From the NCBI GenBank assembly GCA_902612965.1, contig CACMFN010000007.1, positions 26,506 through 90,505 of the forward strand: a stretch of 64,000 nt of DNA. Direction: 5' to 3'. The DNA is from an uncultured SAR116 cluster alpha proteobacterium (GTDB lineage: Bacteria > Pseudomonadota > Alphaproteobacteria > Puniceispirillales > GCA-002684695). This document shows positions 61,253 to 64,000 of this stretch, piece by piece. The number at the start of each line of letters is the position of its first letter. Positions within the stretch are counted from its first letter, which is position 1. The notes beneath the pieces were generated by a model. The model ran no database searches and was not told the DNA's origin. It saw nothing but the letters and a program-made list of their open reading frames with translations. The position numbers were made by a program, and so were the translations under genes.

Positions 61253-62177
61253 ATTTATTATTTAAATCAAAATAAGCTGATTTTGCGAAGCATCCAAAAA
61301 GTTCAGCATCATTTTTAAGTTGAGCTTTTTCAAAATTAATAACTTGGCTTGAAATTAAATTTGTTTGCTTTTGAATTTCTTTAAAAAATCTGTTGTTTAA
61401 TCCTATGCTACCCCCAACAATAAAGTTATTAATTCCAAGTAATAAATTTACGTTGACTATTCCTTCAGCCAAGTATTTACAAGATTTTTGAATTAATTCT
61501 GATACCCAAGGATTATCTAATTTATTTAACAAAATATCTTTTACTGTCAGATTCTTAAACTCAGAATTATTTATTATTTTTTTAAGAGCTGTACCTGATG
61601 AATAAGCTTCAATGCAACCTTTTCTACCACAACCACATAAATTTCCATCACTAACTACTACCATATGGCCAAAAGCACCAGCAAGGTTAGGGGATTTACT
61701 ATATAATTTTTTATCAAGAACCATACTACCACCCACACCAGTAGAAACAGTAATATAATAAAAATCTTTAAATTCTTTTCCAGCTCCAAACCTAAATTCA
61801 CCTAAGGCAGCAGCTTCTGTATCACTAAATGCAAATACAGGGACATCAAATACTTTATTAATATATTCAGTTAAAGGAAATTCAGTAAACTCCCCTAAAA
61901 TTTTCTTATTTAAAACTGACCAATAACCCTTATGAATGACCCCTGTTGTTGCAATCCCAATTTCAGTTATTTTTTCTTTATAATCTATCAAACTATTAAT
62001 AATATTATCTGCTATTAATTGAGGTTTATCTTTTGTTGGTTGTTCTTGAGGATTAGTTTCTAATCTTATTTTTTTGAATATTTTAGATTTTTCAAATAAA
62101 GCAATTGAAATCTTTGTGCCACCTATATCTACTGCAACAAAAATATTTTTATCCACTTCTTTGTACCCCATTAACAA
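61233..62177 (-). CDS. ROK-family sugar kinase (N-acetylmannosamine/N-acetylglucosamine kinase-like)
   Basis: 314 aa. AVDIGGTKISIAL ATP motif and the zinc motif GHMVV...CGCGRKGCIEAY. Confidence 0.8.
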   Translation of the reverse strand: MLMGYKEVDKNIFVAVDIGGTKISIALFEKSKIFKKIRLETNPQEQPTKDKPQLIADNIINSLIDYKEKITEIGIATTGVIHKGYWSVLNKKILGEFTEFPLTEYINKVFDVPVFAFSDTEAAALGEFRFGAGKEFKDFYYITVSTGVGGSMVLDKKLYSKSPNLAGAFGHMVVVSDGNLCGCGRKGCIEAYSSGTALKKIINNSEFKNLTVKDILLNKLDNPWVSELIQKSCKYLAEGIVNVNLLLGINNFIVGGSIGLNNRFFKEIQKQTNLISSQVINFEKAQLKNDAELFGCFAKSAYFDLNNKYEKKYE

Positions 62178-62823
62178 ACCAACTAGTAATAATCTCTATT
62201 CTATTAATGGCAGTGCCGACAACTACTGCGTGAGCACCTTTATTAATTGCCTTTTTTGCCTGATCAGGAGTATTTATGCGTCCCTCTGCGATTATTGGCG
62301 TTTTGATTTTACTATTATAAAGTTTAGAAATCATTCGATAATCTGGAAATTTTGGAACCTTTTTTGATACATAGCCTGATAGAGTAGACGCTACTATATC
62401 AGCTCCTAAAATAGAGGCATTTACTGCTTCATCATAATTTGAACAATCTGCCATAGCTAAGCAATTTTTTTTGTGTATAAGATCAATTAAAGTGGATATT
62501 TCAATTGGTCTACTTCTATTGGTCGCGTCGAAGGCAATGATATCTGAACCACTTTCTGCAAGACCAATTACATCTTCTTCTAACGGGGTTATTATTATGT
62601 TACTGCCTTTTAATTCTCTCTTTTTAATACCTATAATAGGCACTTTTAATCTTTTTTTTATATTGTATACATTTTTTTTATCATTAATCCTTAGACCTGC
62701 AGCACCACCATTCACAGCAGCTTCAGCAATATTTAATATTGAATTTTCATCATCTAGAGCACCACCAACAACAGGCTGGCAAGATACAATAAGCTTTGAT
62801 TTTAAATCTTTAATAATACCCAT
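62149..62823 (-). CDS. nanE: N-acetylmannosamine-6-phosphate 2-epimerase
   Basis: 224 aa. LIVSCQP motif and TIM-barrel pattern. Confidence 0.85.
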   Translation of the reverse strand: MGIIKDLKSKLIVSCQPVVGGALDDENSILNIAEAAVNGGAAGLRINDKKNVYNIKKRLKVPIIGIKKRELKGSNIIITPLEEDVIGLAESGSDIIAFDATNRSRPIEISTLIDLIHKKNCLAMADCSNYDEAVNASILGADIVASTLSGYVSKKVPKFPDYRMISKLYNSKIKTPIIAEGRINTPDQAKKAINKGAHAVVVGTAINRIEIITSWFVNGVQRSG

Positions 62824-62843
62824 AAGAAAAGTATTCTTAATAA

Positions 62844-63680
62844 TTATTTAACAGCACCTGAGGTAATGCTTCTTATTAACTGACGAGAAAAAATCATATA
62901 AAAAATAAGTATTGGTATTAGTGCTGTTGATAAAGATGCAAAAACTGCGTTCCAATTAGTTACATATTGTCCAATATATTGTTGCATCCCTAAAATTACA
63001 GTCTGTTTACCACCAGAAGGAGCTAAAACTAGAGGCCACCATAAGTCATTCCAAACAGGAACCATAGTAAATACTGCTACAGTTGCCAATGGCGGTCTCA
63101 TTAATGGAAGGATTATATAAAAAAACAACTGATACTCATTTACTCCATCACATCGCGCTGCTTCTTTTAACTCTTGATTAACTTGTTTCATGAACTCTGT
63201 TAATATCCATATTGCTAATGGCAAACTTTGGGCTGTATAGACAATTACTAGACCCGTGAGAGTATTAACAAGGTTCATTGAACTTAATAGTTGAAGAATA
63301 CTAACAGTTCCTAATTTGATAGGAAGCATTATACCAAATGCCAAATAAAGTCCGAGCATGGTATTTCCCTTGAATTTATATTCTGATAGAGCCCATGCAG
63401 CCATTGCGCCAAATAGCAGCACAAGAAATAATGTTGTTAAAGTAACAAAAGTAGAATTGAAAAAATATATTGAAAAATCCACTCTCGAAAACATTTTTGT
63501 AAACCCTACAAGACTGAAAGTTTCTTCCGTTGGTAAAGAAAGAGGTTCCTTAAAAATAGCTCTCCTTTTTTTAAATGAATTATTAACCAAAAGGTAAACA
63601 GGGAAAATACAAATCAGAGTATAAGATAATAATACAATATGCATTATTAGATGGTTGTATTTATCTTTGACATTATTCAT
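62844..63680 (-). CDS. Carbohydrate ABC transporter permease (MalG-like)
   Basis: 278 aa. EAA loop EAARCDGVNEYQLFFYIILPLMRP. Confidence 0.88.
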   Translation of the reverse strand: MNNVKDKYNHLIMHIVLLSYTLICIFPVYLLVNNSFKKRRAIFKEPLSLPTEETFSLVGFTKMFSRVDFSIYFFNSTFVTLTTLFLVLLFGAMAAWALSEYKFKGNTMLGLYLAFGIMLPIKLGTVSILQLLSSMNLVNTLTGLVIVYTAQSLPLAIWILTEFMKQVNQELKEAARCDGVNEYQLFFYIILPLMRPPLATVAVFTMVPVWNDLWWPLVLAPSGGKQTVILGMQQYIGQYVTNWNAVFASLSTALIPILIFYMIFSRQLIRSITSGAVK

Positions 63681-64000
63681 TAGTATTGATACCTTGTTAC
63701 GCGTTGTTGAAAGGCAAATAAATATATTAAAACACCTAAAAGTATTATTCCAAAAGTAGTTGAAGCAACTGTTGCTCCCATTGTAGGGTTGCCTAATTGC
63801 ATTTGAAAACCAAAAAATGTTCTATAGAAAAAGGTACCCATTAAATCTGTTGAGTACTCGGGTCCTGCGTATAAGCTTTTCATTGCAAAAATTAAATCAA
63901 AAGCATTGTAATTTCCAACGTAAGTTAAAATTACCATTAAGCCTACAGTTGGAAGTATCAAAGGAAATTTTACAAACCAGAAAGTAGTCATAGGCCCGGA
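63680..64000 (-). CDS. Carbohydrate ABC transporter permease (MalF-like), C-terminal part only (gene continues past the right edge)
   Basis: The reading frame is open to the window end. The C-terminal TM segments are typical of a type I sugar permease. One-nt overlap with the MalG-like gene. Confidence 0.75.
   Translation of the reverse strand, partial: SGPMTTFWFVKFPLILPTVGLMVILTYVGNYNAFDLIFAMKSLYAGPEYSTDLMGTFFYRTFFGFQMQLGNPTMGATVASTTFGIILLGVLIYLFAFQQRVTRYQY

Overview
The window is strongly AT-rich and very gene-dense, with tiny spacers and many 1-30 nt gene overlaps. It looks like a streamlined alphaproteobacterial chromosome, most consistent with a Pelagibacterales (SAR11)-like organism. 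That assignment is inferred from composition and class-typical synteny, not from a database search. I support about 65 protein genes and one tRNA-Ala(UGC). I saw no rRNA, CRISPR array, transposase, integrase or phage genes.

The core blocks, mostly on the minus strand, are:
- queG-tgt-queA, kdsD-mobA, fdhD and nadK
- an Rrf2 regulator followed by sufBCDS-sufT-sufA
- hspQ and rpmF
- mfd-sdhE-recG
- ntrB-ntrC-ntrY-ntrX-trkA-hfq-hflX
- ispDF, then pdhA-pdhB-pdhC-lpdA-lipA
- ftsB-eno-kdsA-pyrG-secG-tpiA
- ppiD-trpE

Two patches look accessory.
- Patch 1 (14.9-22.5 kb): a 2OG oxygenase, a duplicated-PGCG permease with a PanE-like reductase, an ArgO/LysE exporter with a phosphoethanolamine-N-methyltransferase-like enzyme, a Sel1 protein, and a coupled envelope operon. 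That operon encodes a lipoprotein subtilase, an unannotated 57-codon lipoprotein and a small beta-barrel OMP.
- Patch 2 (56.3-64 kb): an EamA transporter, an orphan minimal MotA/PomA-like 4-TM protein, a 3-TM protein, an (R)-amine-transaminase-like fold-IV enzyme, and a ManNAc/GlcNAc catabolic operon with sugar ABC permeases.

The best second-look candidates are:
- the subtilase envelope operon
- the loop-less stator-like protein
- an NtrC whose AAA+ core has lost GAFTGA, the Walker B glutamate and the arginine finger
- two small lipoprotein ORFs missed by the ORF track

All homology statements come from reading motifs by eye and need HMM or BLAST confirmation.
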